Virus record (IMG/VR): IMGVR_UViG_3300033463_000105
Coordinates: 3,627-67,626 of that record
Direction: 5' to 3' (one strand)
DNA from: a virus
DNA length: 64,000 nucleotides
How positions within the stretch are numbered: position 1 is the first letter of the stretch; the number at the start of each line of letters is the position of its first letter. Shown in pieces: positions 20,201 through 30,741 of the stretch. A model generated the notes under the pieces. The model did no database searches, was not told where the DNA came from, and worked only from the letters and a program-made list of their open reading frames with translations. A program made the translations under genes and the position numbers.

Positions 20201-20725
20201 TTATCTTTCAACCAGCTCGATTTTTAAAGCCCTTTCGAGAGCAGTGATTACCTTATTGGAGTCGATCTCTCCATCAGCAATCATCTGACGAGCCTTGTAA
20301 GCCACAGACTTCTTCTGTCCTTCGGACAGTTTGGAAATAATTTTCTCAACCTCTGCCGGAGTCTTGGTGAACAGCGTGTCAAAATCTTCCACATTCAGAG
20401 CATTCTTATAGAAATTCTTAAGTCCAAGATAGTCAATGACCCACATGTAATCTTTGTCGAAGACAAACCAGTTATTGGTAAAGAATTTCTTCGCGGCGCT
20501 CTTTGCGCTCTTGAGCTCTCGCAGTTCCATCTCCTGTTCGTCCCCAAAACTATCCCACACAAACTTTTCATTTGTGCGTGGACTCTTGTAAATCAGTTTG
20601 CCCTGAAAACCATTCCTGACAGGAATCAGCTGAGATAAATCCATCTCCTTGACAACAAGCTTCACAGGCTCTTCCGTTACGGTCTCTTCAGTTTCTTTTG
20701 GTTTACTGGTTGTAGTATTTGCCAT
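20201..20725 (-). CDS. Hypothetical protein downstream of major capsid
   Basis: 174-aa ORF with RBS. Confidence 0.6.
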   Translation of the reverse strand: MANTTTSKPKETEETVTEEPVKLVVKEMDLSQLIPVRNGFQGKLIYKSPRTNEKFVWDSFGDEQEMELRELKSAKSAAKKFFTNNWFVFDKDYMWVIDYLGLKNFYKNALNVEDFDTLFTKTPAEVEKIISKLSEGQKKSVAYKARQMIADGEIDSNKVITALERALKIELVER

Positions 20726-20750
20726 ATTTTTATTATCTCCTTTTTCTCCT

Positions 20751-20773
20751 GCGGACGGGAATAACCCGTCCGC
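20751..20773 (-). terminator. Hairpin after the major capsid gene
   Basis: GCGGACGGG/CCCGTCCGC stem. Confidence 0.5.
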
Positions 20774-20792
20774 TTAATTTGTATTCAATTAA

Positions 20793-21803
20793 TTAGAACT
20801 CGTACCGACCGATACCAGCGTTGCCGCCAGCCAGAACGATACCGGCACCGTACTTGACACCGTACACATATTCCTGAGTCAGGTCAGCATTCAGGAACGG
20901 ATCGCGAGCGATGACCAGCGGGTCGCCCTCATAGACAACCTTGATGGGCTTGTCGTCGCCGGCAATAATCGTCAGGATGTCATCCGGGAACACGAAGTTC
21001 GTGGTGCCAATCTGATGACGCTGCGGGATGGTCACGACTGGCGTTCCATAGAACTTGCCATAGTAACCCATGTTGTGCAGCTCCTCACGAGCCTCCTCGG
21101 CCATGATGGAGGGAGCCAGCACGCGGCAAGCCTTCTTGGTGCCAATGATGGTGGCGGGACGTCCGCCAGCAGCCGCTTCGACATGAGCAATCAGGTCAAG
21201 CAGGTCGTCCTCATCATAGGTGCCAGCGGCGGGGAAGTAGGTGGTGCCACCAAAGTCGGCGGCGGTAGCATTAGCCCACAGGCTGTAAATGTCGTTCAGC
21301 AGCTTCTGCTCGAAGGACTTGGACACTTTGTCGATGAACTGGTTGAAGTCCACACGACCGGACAGAATGCGGTTCAGCTCTTCATAGATGCGAACCATCT
21401 TCATGCTCGTCGGGATGGAGACCTCGTTCACGCCGCCAAGGCGCTGACGACGAATAGCCTGCGTTCCGTCCGCAACTTCGGAAACGACAAACAGGTCGCT
21501 ATCCTCTACGAGGAACACGTTCTTGTCGCCTTCAGCAACATTGCGGAAGTCAACGATGGAATTAAAGAAGTCGTCGGAGGACAGACCCTCGACGACGGTG
21601 CGGCTCAGAATCTCTTCAACAAGAGCAAACAGACCGGCGCACTGACCGTCCCTGATTTTACGATAGTCCAGAGTAGTGCTGCCGCCATTAGCGTCAATCA
21701 GAGCCTGACGCAGCGTCTCCATGGACTGAGCCATGGAATACTTCTCAACGTTGCCGCTATGAGCGTCAACTGCGAGCTTAACAATATCTTTGATTTCAGG
21801 CAT
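20793..21803 (-). CDS. Major capsid protein
   Basis: 336 aa, strong codon bias, follows the protease/scaffold and decoration genes. Confidence 0.8.
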   Translation of the reverse strand: MPEIKDIVKLAVDAHSGNVEKYSMAQSMETLRQALIDANGGSTTLDYRKIRDGQCAGLFALVEEILSRTVVEGLSSDDFFNSIVDFRNVAEGDKNVFLVEDSDLFVVSEVADGTQAIRRQRLGGVNEVSIPTSMKMVRIYEELNRILSGRVDFNQFIDKVSKSFEQKLLNDIYSLWANATAADFGGTTYFPAAGTYDEDDLLDLIAHVEAAAGGRPATIIGTKKACRVLAPSIMAEEAREELHNMGYYGKFYGTPVVTIPQRHQIGTTNFVFPDDILTIIAGDDKPIKVVYEGDPLVIARDPFLNADLTQEYVYGVKYGAGIVLAGGNAGIGRYEF

Positions 21804-21831
21804 TGTAATTTCCTCCTTCTTTCAGTATTGA

Positions 21832-22338
21832 TTAGTCTACTTTGATGACGTAGAACAGATAACGGCCAGCCTGCTCGATAGCCAGAATTGTACCAATCTG
21901 GGTGGAACCACTGGTCAGGGAAGCGGCAACGTTCATCTTGGTGCCAGCCTTCAGCTCAACAATGTCGCCAACCTCAGGCTCGGACTTGCCGTCCAGAGCG
22001 TCCTTGGTAACACTGAAGGTATCATTTCTGTGGAAATGAGAGCCACGGGCGGGCTTGCCAGCCACGTTGTACCACTCGTCGAGATTGCGCAGGCGCTCGT
22101 CATACATGACCTCGGGAGTAGTAATGATAACAACATCTTCAATGGGAGAATTAGCCGCGGGAGTAACACCCACATAAATTTCGCGCTCGCCGTCTTCCAG
22201 ACCGCTCAGCAGAACAACGTTACCGTTGTCGATTTCAGTCATCGTATCAGAAGGCTGATAGCGAACCGAGACAAGGTCCTCGCCACCGCGCACGTCGGTG
22301 GAAGCAAGATTGTCCGTGCGTACAACTGCATGTGCCAT
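21832..22338 (-). CDS. Head decoration/capsid-associated protein
   Basis: EIDNGNVV motif, strong codon bias, directly upstream of MCP. Confidence 0.6.
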   Translation of the reverse strand: MAHAVVRTDNLASTDVRGGEDLVSVRYQPSDTMTEIDNGNVVLLSGLEDGEREIYVGVTPAANSPIEDVVIITTPEVMYDERLRNLDEWYNVAGKPARGSHFHRNDTFSVTKDALDGKSEPEVGDIVELKAGTKMNVAASLTSGSTQIGTILAIEQAGRYLFYVIKVD

Positions 22339-22352
22339 AATTGTTTTCCTCC

Positions 22353-24020
22353 TTAATTATTAAATGTTTTGGACTCATAGTATTCGACAATGCCGCCATA
22401 GGGAGCGGCGCTGTCGTCGGAGTCTCTGTTGTCTCCAGACGCCACAATGATTTTCGGCATCTTGGGCTCATAAGAGAATTTTACAGACGTGTTGTTTCTG
22501 CCACGGATGGCAAAACACTTTTCCTCGAGAGTTTCGATATCGAATTCTTCCGCATGTTCCTTGATAGACTCGAACGCCTCTACGCCTTCCAAATCATTGA
22601 ACTGACTCAGAACTTCCTCGATTTTTGCAAGAGCATAGGCGTGCTCAACATCAGCCTTGTACTGTCTGAGACCGGCAACCTCCTCGGACAAAGCATCCAT
22701 CTCGGCGCTCATGTCTTCATACTTGGCAGCAAGGCTTTCTTTGTTCTCAAACAGTTCGTCATAACTTGCGCTGACTTCATTGATTTTTGCAGAAGCCCTC
22801 TCGAACATACCAGAGAAGGGGAGTGGCTGTTCTCCTTCATCGTATTCGGCAATAGCCCATTTAACGCGAGCCTTGCTATCAACATCGATAACAATTGCGT
22901 CGCCGTTGGCGGAATAATTGAAGCCGTACATCCGCCAGTCAGCCGTATCAAATACGTAGACCTTAGACGCGTCAGCATCAAAATCGATGATGCTATATTT
23001 GGGCTCCGGACCCCATGGCGTATCAATGTTGCCAAGACCATACACAGCCTCGCACAGATATTCCATTACATTTCCGTTCAGTTCATAGTTCTGTTCTTCT
23101 GTGCCTTCCGCCGTTTCAGGCTCCTCCGCCTTAGCCTTCTCCGCTGCAAGTAATTCAAACTTTTCTTTAAGCTCATCAATGCTCAAATCATCGAGCGTAA
23201 AATCAAGCTCGTCGACGTCAAGTCCATACTCAGCAAGTAACGCTAATTTTTCTTCCAATACCGTTTCTCCTCCTTCCTCCTCTGATTGATACTTTTCTAT
23301 ATTCAGTTTTTCTATATCAAGCGGCTGCGAATCCGCATCCGCGTTGATTGCGCTGAAAAGATTCTTAATCTCTTTTAATTCAGCCGCCATCTGCTTCATC
23401 TGCTCTTCTATGCTTTCTATTGAGAACAACTGAAGCGCACTGCCCTGGAAACATGGAGTAACATTCTCAAGCAAACAGAGAGCAGTAAACTCAAAATCAT
23501 CAATCGTATATAATCCTCGTTTTGAGTCAAAGTCTCCTGACTTGACATTGATTTCCATAGAGTGAGATATGTGTCCATCCAAATCATTCACGATGTGACT
23601 ATAGGCATCCTGTCTCTTCCACAGGATGACATTGTCTGCAATGAGATACTCGTGCTCCGTTCCATTTTCGTCTGGGCTCGTTTCAAACCTGAACTTCGCA
23701 GCCTCAGGCACAACACCAATCGGAGACGTAAGATTCCTGATTGTAAGCTTTCCGTCAGGAGAAGCAACCGCCTCAACATCATGCCCGCCAATTTCGTTTT
23801 CTTCATAATCATAATGGCAGACAATCGGCACGTTCTTTAAAGAGGGAAGCGCCCTCTGGACACTTTCCTTGGAAAAGAAAGAGCCGTTTCTGTTCGGACC
23901 GGTATACAGAATTTTGATACTGCCAAGAGCAAACGAGGAGTTTAAATCTCTGACATTGTATATAGACGAACACTCATCAAGCTCATATGGAATACTCATC
24001 ATGATTCCCATCTCAACCAC
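22353..24020 (-). CDS. Prohead protease/scaffold fusion
   Basis: N-terminal NRNGS..., HSMEI and ALCLL....PCF motifs; acidic coiled-coil C-terminus. Confidence 0.7.
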   Translation of the reverse strand: MVEMGIMMSIPYELDECSSIYNVRDLNSSFALGSIKILYTGPNRNGSFFSKESVQRALPSLKNVPIVCHYDYEENEIGGHDVEAVASPDGKLTIRNLTSPIGVVPEAAKFRFETSPDENGTEHEYLIADNVILWKRQDAYSHIVNDLDGHISHSMEINVKSGDFDSKRGLYTIDDFEFTALCLLENVTPCFQGSALQLFSIESIEEQMKQMAAELKEIKNLFSAINADADSQPLDIEKLNIEKYQSEEEGGETVLEEKLALLAEYGLDVDELDFTLDDLSIDELKEKFELLAAEKAKAEEPETAEGTEEQNYELNGNVMEYLCEAVYGLGNIDTPWGPEPKYSIIDFDADASKVYVFDTADWRMYGFNYSANGDAIVIDVDSKARVKWAIAEYDEGEQPLPFSGMFERASAKINEVSASYDELFENKESLAAKYEDMSAEMDALSEEVAGLRQYKADVEHAYALAKIEEVLSQFNDLEGVEAFESIKEHAEEFDIETLEEKCFAIRGRNNTSVKFSYEPKMPKIIVASGDNRDSDDSAAPYGGIVEYYESKTFNN

Positions 24021-24049
24021 CTCCTATCTTTGTAATTACGACACATATA

Positions 24050-24226
24050 TCAGAATGTCAGCGTGTCGTTTTCAATATAGCTAAACTCAGCTAACGCATA
24101 TGAAGATTTGTCCTGGTTCATGAAGATATAAACATTTCCGCGTTCATCTTCTTTCAAAAGCTTGAATCCAGCTTTCAGAAGTGCGTCGCGGGCGTCCTTG
24201 TCAAACACGTATATGAACTTTTTCAA
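24050..24226 (-). CDS. Small 58-aa hypothetical protein (TTG start)
   Basis: Read manually: MKKFIYVFDKDARDALLKAGFKLLK...DTLTF. Fills the portal-protease gap. Confidence 0.6.
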   Translation of the reverse strand: MKKFIYVFDKDARDALLKAGFKLLKEDERGNVYIFMNQDKSSYALAEFSYIENDTLTF

Positions 24227-24232
24227 TTCCTA

Positions 24233-25798
24233 TTACCCCCAGTCAGAACTGTCTTCTCTGGACTCCTCGCCGGAATCCGTAAGGTCAGTCCCTTCCATCT
24301 GAGGTCTTCCGCCCGTTTCCGGGTTGGAACCATTGTTGACCGCTTCATTATTTACACTAACTTCTTCAGCGCTTAACTGAGTCGAACTAATAAGAGGCTT
24401 AAATATTTTCTGCAATTCAAGAACATCCGTCTCGAGGAAGCTCATACTGTCAAGCTCAGCCTGACTAAGTCCCTGAGATGCAGCATACATTGAAATCGTA
24501 GGCAGACCGTAAGACGCGGCTTTAAGATACGCGTCTCCGGCTTCTTTTCTGTTAAACGTGCTTACGTCAAGGAATGTTACCTTGAAGTTCTTGCCATAGT
24601 TCTGATACTGGATATATCTGTTGAGCATGTCTTCAATGCTCTTTACGATGCTGAACGTAAGCTCCTGGTCTACCTTGATGGAGAGGAGCAATGCGTTGGC
24701 GCTTGCCCTCGTATTGTTGAACAGAAGCGAAGACACACCGGCGGCAGAGAATAGGTTATCCTCCGCCTCAACCACCGTGTCAGTGTCACCGTCATGAGAA
24801 CGCTCGAAACTGATTTTGTCTATATCCATAGGAGACAGGATTGATCCCACCTCAGGCGGCATTACAGCATCGAGGTTCCTCCAGAACTCTTCCGCCTTTT
24901 TGTAGTCAAGCAACCAGTTGCCCTCGTCATCCATCGGAAGCTTCATGGCAAGCATGGCGTAGTTCTCGATTTCCTCACGTGCCTTTTTCAGCAGTTTGTA
25001 GTCATCTATATCATATATATCCCTGAGCAGACCGGCGAACGGGGGAATGGCGTACTCAAGAATGTCTGAGTTGTATTTGATAGCAAATGACGTAGGCGCG
25101 TCAAGCTCAATCCATCTTTGAAGCAACTTGTTTTTCTGATAAACCTGTTCATACTTTCTCCTGAATTCTTCAGGATAGTAGTCAAGCATATCCTCTCTCG
25201 TTACAAAATAAGAGAAATCAAAAGCTACATTCAGTACGTTTCCCTCAATAGACAATATCTTACAGTAGTCAGAAGGCAACTGCTGAATCGTGATGCTGTC
25301 AGGAGTTACCCACATCGTTCCGTAAAATACATCATCTCTGAGACAAACTGTAATGATTTTCGGAAACTGAGTCTTGATACTCATCGAAGAAAGCGTATTA
25401 AGAACCTTCCTATAGTTTCTGTTTACGCTCTTTTTGTTTATAGTCTTAGGGTCGGTAACTTTGTATGGAGATACAATATACGCGAGGTCCGTCAGACTAG
25501 TGAAATACTGAATAAGTCTTCTGAAGTGCGGAGAAGCACCATAGATATAGGCAATTGCCCTGCGTAACTTCTTCTCATACTTATATGGGTTAGACAGGAA
25601 CATGTTGATATGTTCTTTAGTGTATAAGAAAAATGAAGGGCCGTATGTTGCCCTGCCGTAATTATTCAAATCCCTTGTAATGAGTTTGTTAATAAGCGCG
25701 AACTTTGGAGAAATACCGATATTCCATTCACGCCCTTCCGACAAAAGAGACTCTTCTCTTTTAATCTCTTCTTTCACTTCTTCCATTAATTCTTCCAA
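24233..25798 (-). CDS. Portal protein
   Basis: 521 aa immediately after TerL; AGVSSLLFN and C-terminal GGRP motifs. Confidence 0.8.
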   Translation of the reverse strand: MEELMEEVKEEIKREESLLSEGREWNIGISPKFALINKLITRDLNNYGRATYGPSFFLYTKEHINMFLSNPYKYEKKLRRAIAYIYGASPHFRRLIQYFTSLTDLAYIVSPYKVTDPKTINKKSVNRNYRKVLNTLSSMSIKTQFPKIITVCLRDDVFYGTMWVTPDSITIQQLPSDYCKILSIEGNVLNVAFDFSYFVTREDMLDYYPEEFRRKYEQVYQKNKLLQRWIELDAPTSFAIKYNSDILEYAIPPFAGLLRDIYDIDDYKLLKKAREEIENYAMLAMKLPMDDEGNWLLDYKKAEEFWRNLDAVMPPEVGSILSPMDIDKISFERSHDGDTDTVVEAEDNLFSAAGVSSLLFNNTRASANALLLSIKVDQELTFSIVKSIEDMLNRYIQYQNYGKNFKVTFLDVSTFNRKEAGDAYLKAASYGLPTISMYAASQGLSQAELDSMSFLETDVLELQKIFKPLISSTQLSAEEVSVNNEAVNNGSNPETGGRPQMEGTDLTDSGEESREDSSDWG

Positions 25799-25807
25799 TT
25801 GAGTACC

Positions 25808-27553
25808 TCACCGCCTTCCTTTATAATTTGGTGCCTTAATGATAAAGTACTTCACATCATCATTATTTAAGGCATTCCTTTTGCTCATCTTTGCTTCCAG
25901 CTGCGTCGAAATATAATAGTTATACGACAGGCTCGAGTATCTATCCTTACGCATTCCGGACCTCTCGTGTATCTTAATCTTGCCTCCGGACTCTTCGTGC
26001 TTCAGATTCACGAGTTCGTCAATCAGAAGTGTCGTGTGTATGTATGGCATCTGCAACGCAATCTTGTCCGCCTGACTCAGAGAATTATATCCTCGTATTT
26101 CAGACAGCAATACTTCTGCGTCAAACTCAGAAACAAGAAGTCGTATCTTCCCGCTCCTGAACCCCTCTCTAAGCAAAAACGCACAGTCTGAATTCATCTG
26201 TGCGCTCGCCTTGATAGACCATATTACCTTGTCCGCGCCGGCGACCGTACAACGCTCCGCCATAGTTTTATCATTGACACAGGAAAGAGCCGGATAAATC
26301 AATCCGCTTTCCGGATCAACCATATCTCTGGCGAGGCAATCATATACGCCAAGACCGACACCGTTAGTATCAAGCACTATATAGTCGCACGCGTACTCGT
26401 CATACAGCGAGCGAATCTTCAACGCTTGGTCTTCTGTGCGCATTCCTTCATCCGTGTCGCAGTACACTATATTATTAATGTACCTGCTTCCTTTGACCGG
26501 CAACATCTGGTTAATGAAAATTGCACTCGCGTCGTTGTTATTCCTGCGGCTTGACATTAAGGCGATATCAGCAGAGAGGACTCTGATTTCCCCGTTTTGT
26601 TTCGGAGGAATCTTTACGTGGTGACTATTTCCAAGCTTTATTGCCAAACGGTCGGGTAGCATCGGATATTTTATTCGCCTGTTCTTTGATATCGAATTAA
26701 AGTCAAAGAACGCCCCGTCAGCAGAACCATAGAACAATGCCTCATACTCCATACTGAACTTTACTTCATTAAAGTCAGACTCGGACAATTCGTCTAACAC
26801 CTTATCCTCATACAGCAGTCCCTCTTTGATGGATAGCTGGTAGGGAAGACCGCACACAAACTGATGCCGCGTATCATTCAGCATGTTTTTGAATGTATCC
26901 TTACATTTCATATAAGACCAGTGGTCCGCCCAATATGCAGAGCTCAAGTACATTATCATATTCTTTTCAGCCGCATATTCTTTTTTGCGCTCTTCCTCAG
27001 TCAGAGAACTATACAGCGGCATCCTGTGCTGTGTTAAGAACTTGCTGAGAATGGTATCTATAACATCTTTCGATATCATTCTGAACTCATCTAGCAGTAA
27101 GATATTGGCTCGATTACCTCGAGCAGTATCAGACGCGGTAACTACCTTAATATATGAACCGTTCTTAAATACTATCTGGGCGTTCGTTCCGTTTATGGTT
27201 GATTGTTTCTCGTCCATCTCCGCCGTGAGTTCTCTGGAGTTGATTTTTAGTTCGAGCAGTATCTTTTGAAGAACGTTGATACTCTGTCCTCTTGTACCGG
27301 AAGCAATACATATCTTTGTTCCCGGGTATAGAATGCATCGCATGACACAAAAGATGGCGCTCAAATATGTTTTGCCTATACCTCTCGCCGCTATAAAAAC
27401 AAACGTAGAGGTCATATTCATCATGATTATCAATATCTTTTGAAAAAGCTTCAGTTCTATATGAAGATAATCAGCGACGAAGCGGTGCGGGTTAGCCCTA
27501 TAATATGCACAATACCGCGCCGCTCCCTCCATGATTTTGTCGTGGCGCGTCAT
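25808..27553 (-). CDS. terL: Terminase large subunit
   Basis: Walker A ARGIGKT, Walker B LLDE, nuclease motifs SADIA and KDRYSS. Confidence 0.9.
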   Translation of the reverse strand: MTRHDKIMEGAARYCAYYRANPHRFVADYLHIELKLFQKILIIMMNMTSTFVFIAARGIGKTYLSAIFCVMRCILYPGTKICIASGTRGQSINVLQKILLELKINSRELTAEMDEKQSTINGTNAQIVFKNGSYIKVVTASDTARGNRANILLLDEFRMISKDVIDTILSKFLTQHRMPLYSSLTEEERKKEYAAEKNMIMYLSSAYWADHWSYMKCKDTFKNMLNDTRHQFVCGLPYQLSIKEGLLYEDKVLDELSESDFNEVKFSMEYEALFYGSADGAFFDFNSISKNRRIKYPMLPDRLAIKLGNSHHVKIPPKQNGEIRVLSADIALMSSRRNNNDASAIFINQMLPVKGSRYINNIVYCDTDEGMRTEDQALKIRSLYDEYACDYIVLDTNGVGLGVYDCLARDMVDPESGLIYPALSCVNDKTMAERCTVAGADKVIWSIKASAQMNSDCAFLLREGFRSGKIRLLVSEFDAEVLLSEIRGYNSLSQADKIALQMPYIHTTLLIDELVNLKHEESGGKIKIHERSGMRKDRYSSLSYNYYISTQLEAKMSKRNALNNDDVKYFIIKAPNYKGRR

Positions 27554-27569
27554 TGTGCATCACCGCCAA

Positions 27570-28580
27570 TCAATCATTGTCTGATTCAGAGAACACATCG
27601 TAGATAAACGCTTCGTCGTCCTCGTCGTCAAATTCCGGCTTTTCTACTCTCATCTCCGCTATGGCTTCATCATATAGCCTTGAATACGAATTCTTTATCC
27701 CAAGCATTTTGCACAAATGTCCGTGCAACCACGTGAATATATATTTTTTGACTCCATCGACATCCTCAAGCTGAGTGTCTGGTGCCGGAATCGGCTTACC
27801 GTCTTCCCATCTTTTTATCCAAACACCAAACGGAGTGTTGTCTATTGCGGCATCCGCTTCATCTTTTTTCTGGGCCGGTTTTAGCATCGCAGAGCCAAGA
27901 AGCGTATTGAGACTGTTTACCGCCTTGTCTGTTGATTTGCCGGCAGCCCTGAGCTTATTCAACTCTATTTCCACACTACATATCTGTCGCAGCAACGCCT
28001 GAACACCGATGTCATCTATATTGACACCGGCAGGGAGATGTTCCTTCCAATACAAATATCGCTGCTGTAGCTCCTGATACATCTTTGGTGTGTTGCCAGG
28101 TCCCCAGAATGCCATTATCTCTGGGTCTACCTCAATATTGTTATCCTCTTCATCTTCTTGCACAGTATCTGTGACAGGGGCGCTGATTTCATCATAATGA
28201 CGAGGCCATACCCACAAAGCATTCTCCTCACGCAATGTATCATCGTAACACTTGCCGACGATGCGAGAAGAATTTGTCTTCGCAATATAGCTTCGCATCA
28301 CAGACCTGCTCGCGCTCATCTTTTCAGAATCTGTGAACAGCTTCTCGTTCCAATATATGTCAAGCTTCCTGCACATCTGCCTGACGGTATCCGCCGGGCT
28401 GTACCCCTCTGACAAAAATGAATCATACATCTCGTCAATGCAACTGTTGCAGTACGGAAGATACCCTGTACCCTTATATAAACCGGAGTAACAAACAGGG
28501 AAGTAGCCTTTCAACCTTGAATAGGCAGTCCCGCATTTTCTGCACACGGTTGGTGATGCTGTTGAATCTACTATACTCAC
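27570..28580 (-). CDS. Zn-finger protein, possible terminase small subunit
   Basis: CRKC...PYCNSC; directly upstream of TerL. Confidence 0.5.
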   Translation of the reverse strand: MSIVDSTASPTVCRKCGTAYSRLKGYFPVCYSGLYKGTGYLPYCNSCIDEMYDSFLSEGYSPADTVRQMCRKLDIYWNEKLFTDSEKMSASRSVMRSYIAKTNSSRIVGKCYDDTLREENALWVWPRHYDEISAPVTDTVQEDEEDNNIEVDPEIMAFWGPGNTPKMYQELQQRYLYWKEHLPAGVNIDDIGVQALLRQICSVEIELNKLRAAGKSTDKAVNSLNTLLGSAMLKPAQKKDEADAAIDNTPFGVWIKRWEDGKPIPAPDTQLEDVDGVKKYIFTWLHGHLCKMLGIKNSYSRLYDEAIAEMRVEKPEFDDEDDEAFIYDVFSESDND

Positions 28581-29041
28581 ATTAAATCATCTTCCAAATA
28601 GTCCGGCTCCGGTTCCTTTTTCTTCTTTTCTTCATTCTCTTTTAAAGAAAGCTCGTATATTTTTGCCGCGATTCTCAGGCTCTGGCCGTACTGAAACTTC
28701 GGGACATATGTCGGAGGAATGTCGCACCAATTCTCCGTCCCTGGAATCTTTACTCTAGTCGCTTTCCGCTGCTGAACACCGAGAGTGCCGAACCCCTTAA
28801 TCTGTATATTTTCTCCAGTCTTCAGGAGATTCTCTGCCACCTCAATACACGCATCCAGTATCTTTGTGACATCTTCAGCAGTATACGGAACTTCCTTGTC
28901 TTTCTGCTTGACATCAAAGTGAACCTGCTTGCCCTCAGAATCACTGACATATAGTCTGTACTTTCCAAGAATAATGGGCTTCCTCATGTCATCCTCTCTG
29001 AGCTTGTTTGCTACAAGCGCAATGTAATCTCTTTTATGCAT
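28577..29041 (-). CDS. HU/IHF-like DNA-binding protein
   Basis: IQIKGFGTLGV..RKA....IPGT....IP...VPKF. Confidence 0.75.
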   Translation of the reverse strand: MHKRDYIALVANKLREDDMRKPIILGKYRLYVSDSEGKQVHFDVKQKDKEVPYTAEDVTKILDACIEVAENLLKTGENIQIKGFGTLGVQQRKATRVKIPGTENWCDIPPTYVPKFQYGQSLRIAAKIYELSLKENEEKKKKEPEPDYLEDDLM

Positions 29042-29067
29042 CCTTTTTCTCTTCCTCCGTTGTTTAG

Positions 29068-30294
29068 TTAAACCTTAAGCGGAACATCATACTGGCAAAT
29101 AATTCCAGTATCATCACATATACATATCATCTGCTCTGGCTCTCCATAGATCCTCTTATTCACACAGTACCTATCCACACCCTGGAACCCGCCAGCCATC
29201 ATTACACGTATACCCTGAACAACATCCATGGAATTGTGGTGCTTGTGTCCGCAGAATACTGCGTACAGCGGAACACGCGCCATAGTCTGAAGAGACTGCA
29301 CTCCAGACACAGATGGGTCGAAGTCTCCGTGGACAAGAAGATAATTTTTCCCGCGAACAGAGAACAATGCCATTGTCGCATCAATCCTCGTATCGTCATC
29401 TATAAAAACATTTTCATGATTCTGGAGTCTTGCCTTCAGGTACCAGCCAACGAGATCATCAAGACGTTCCTCAACAAGGCTGTCGTCCTTCTTCGGATTA
29501 ATTCTGCTGTGATTGCCAGAAACACATACGAAGTGCACCTCATTAAAATGAGAGCTGAGCGCAGATATAAATTCAGAAATAAGCTCAGACACGCCGATAA
29601 TCTGGTCAATGACATTCTCTTTATTTGTTACCGCAATTGAATAGTGAATATTGCCGCTGATAAAGTCGCCAGCCCCTGTGATAAAGCACCTCTCGCATTT
29701 GTGTGTTTCAGCGGCGGCAATAATTCTATCAAGATAGAGTCTGAACATTTCACGACATATATATGTATCATATACGCACCAATTGTTTGATATGGTAGCC
29801 CCGTAGTGTATGTCATTTAAAGACACTATCATATCTTTATCTGACACACGCTCACAGCACCCGCTATATTCGAGCGGCTCTATATCCGCACCAGCAATAG
29901 CGCTCGTGAGTATCTCATTCAGCTCTTCCTGTCTTGCCCTGTCCCTTACTACTTTATTAAATGCCGTACGCTGGTCGGTCAGCTTCTGCCTTTCTTTCTT
30001 CAGTTCATTTCTCTGACGCTCTATCTCATCAAGAACGCTCTTCGCAGAATCAGAACCGTCAGCGCCGCACGCGTCTCCTATGAAAGAATAGTTCTCGTCT
30101 TCAAGCGCTTCAATTGTCATGCGCGTGCCATACATCATTCTTCTGGCAACATCGCTTGCATAAGCTTTCCCATATAGTTTCTCTGCTATTTCCGAGTAGT
30201 CATAATCAGCGAGCGTCTTATCTACGAGCTTGCCGTACACAAGCCTCTTCTGATAATCGTACAGGCTCTCATTCTTCGCCCTGTCAAGCTGCAT
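29068..30294 (-). CDS. Calcineurin-like metallophosphoesterase
   Basis: DIHYG, GD, GNH, HGD and GHKH motifs. Confidence 0.8.
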   Translation of the reverse strand: MQLDRAKNESLYDYQKRLVYGKLVDKTLADYDYSEIAEKLYGKAYASDVARRMMYGTRMTIEALEDENYSFIGDACGADGSDSAKSVLDEIERQRNELKKERQKLTDQRTAFNKVVRDRARQEELNEILTSAIAGADIEPLEYSGCCERVSDKDMIVSLNDIHYGATISNNWCVYDTYICREMFRLYLDRIIAAAETHKCERCFITGAGDFISGNIHYSIAVTNKENVIDQIIGVSELISEFISALSSHFNEVHFVCVSGNHSRINPKKDDSLVEERLDDLVGWYLKARLQNHENVFIDDDTRIDATMALFSVRGKNYLLVHGDFDPSVSGVQSLQTMARVPLYAVFCGHKHHNSMDVVQGIRVMMAGGFQGVDRYCVNKRIYGEPEQMICICDDTGIICQYDVPLKV

Positions 30295-30295
30295 C

Positions 30296-30544
30296 TTAAT
30301 CAGAGCTCCTGTCGTTTCCGTTTCTTCTCACATTTCTATTCTGGTTATATTTATTTGATTTCTTGCGAGAAGACCTCGGTTCATTATATTCACCCCTGAG
30401 CTTCCTCAGTTCCTGCATGGCGTCACGGCGCTCCTCCATATAATATCTATGGCGTTTAGACTTCTGCCTAACCGTGCGCACAATTCCGATATCCGGATAC
30501 TTTTTAATAATTGAACTCTTTTCTTCTTTACTTATCTGGATCAT
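30296..30544 (-). CDS. Small basic hypothetical protein
   Basis: 82-aa ORF with RBS. Confidence 0.55.
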   Translation of the reverse strand: MIQISKEEKSSIIKKYPDIGIVRTVRQKSKRHRYYMEERRDAMQELRKLRGEYNEPRSSRKKSNKYNQNRNVRRNGNDRSSD

Positions 30545-30741
30545 TAAGTATGATCATTCCCCTTTTTCTATTTATTAGCAAAGAGCATTTTATCCTGTGC
30601 AACTCCGTGTTTATGGGACATATACATATTGTTGCAAAAATACACACGAATACTCATTACCATTTATTACAAAACATCAAAATAGATGTAACCCGTTGTG
30701 TTGCAACGGGTTACGGACTCTATTTTTTCAATACGTGGCGA

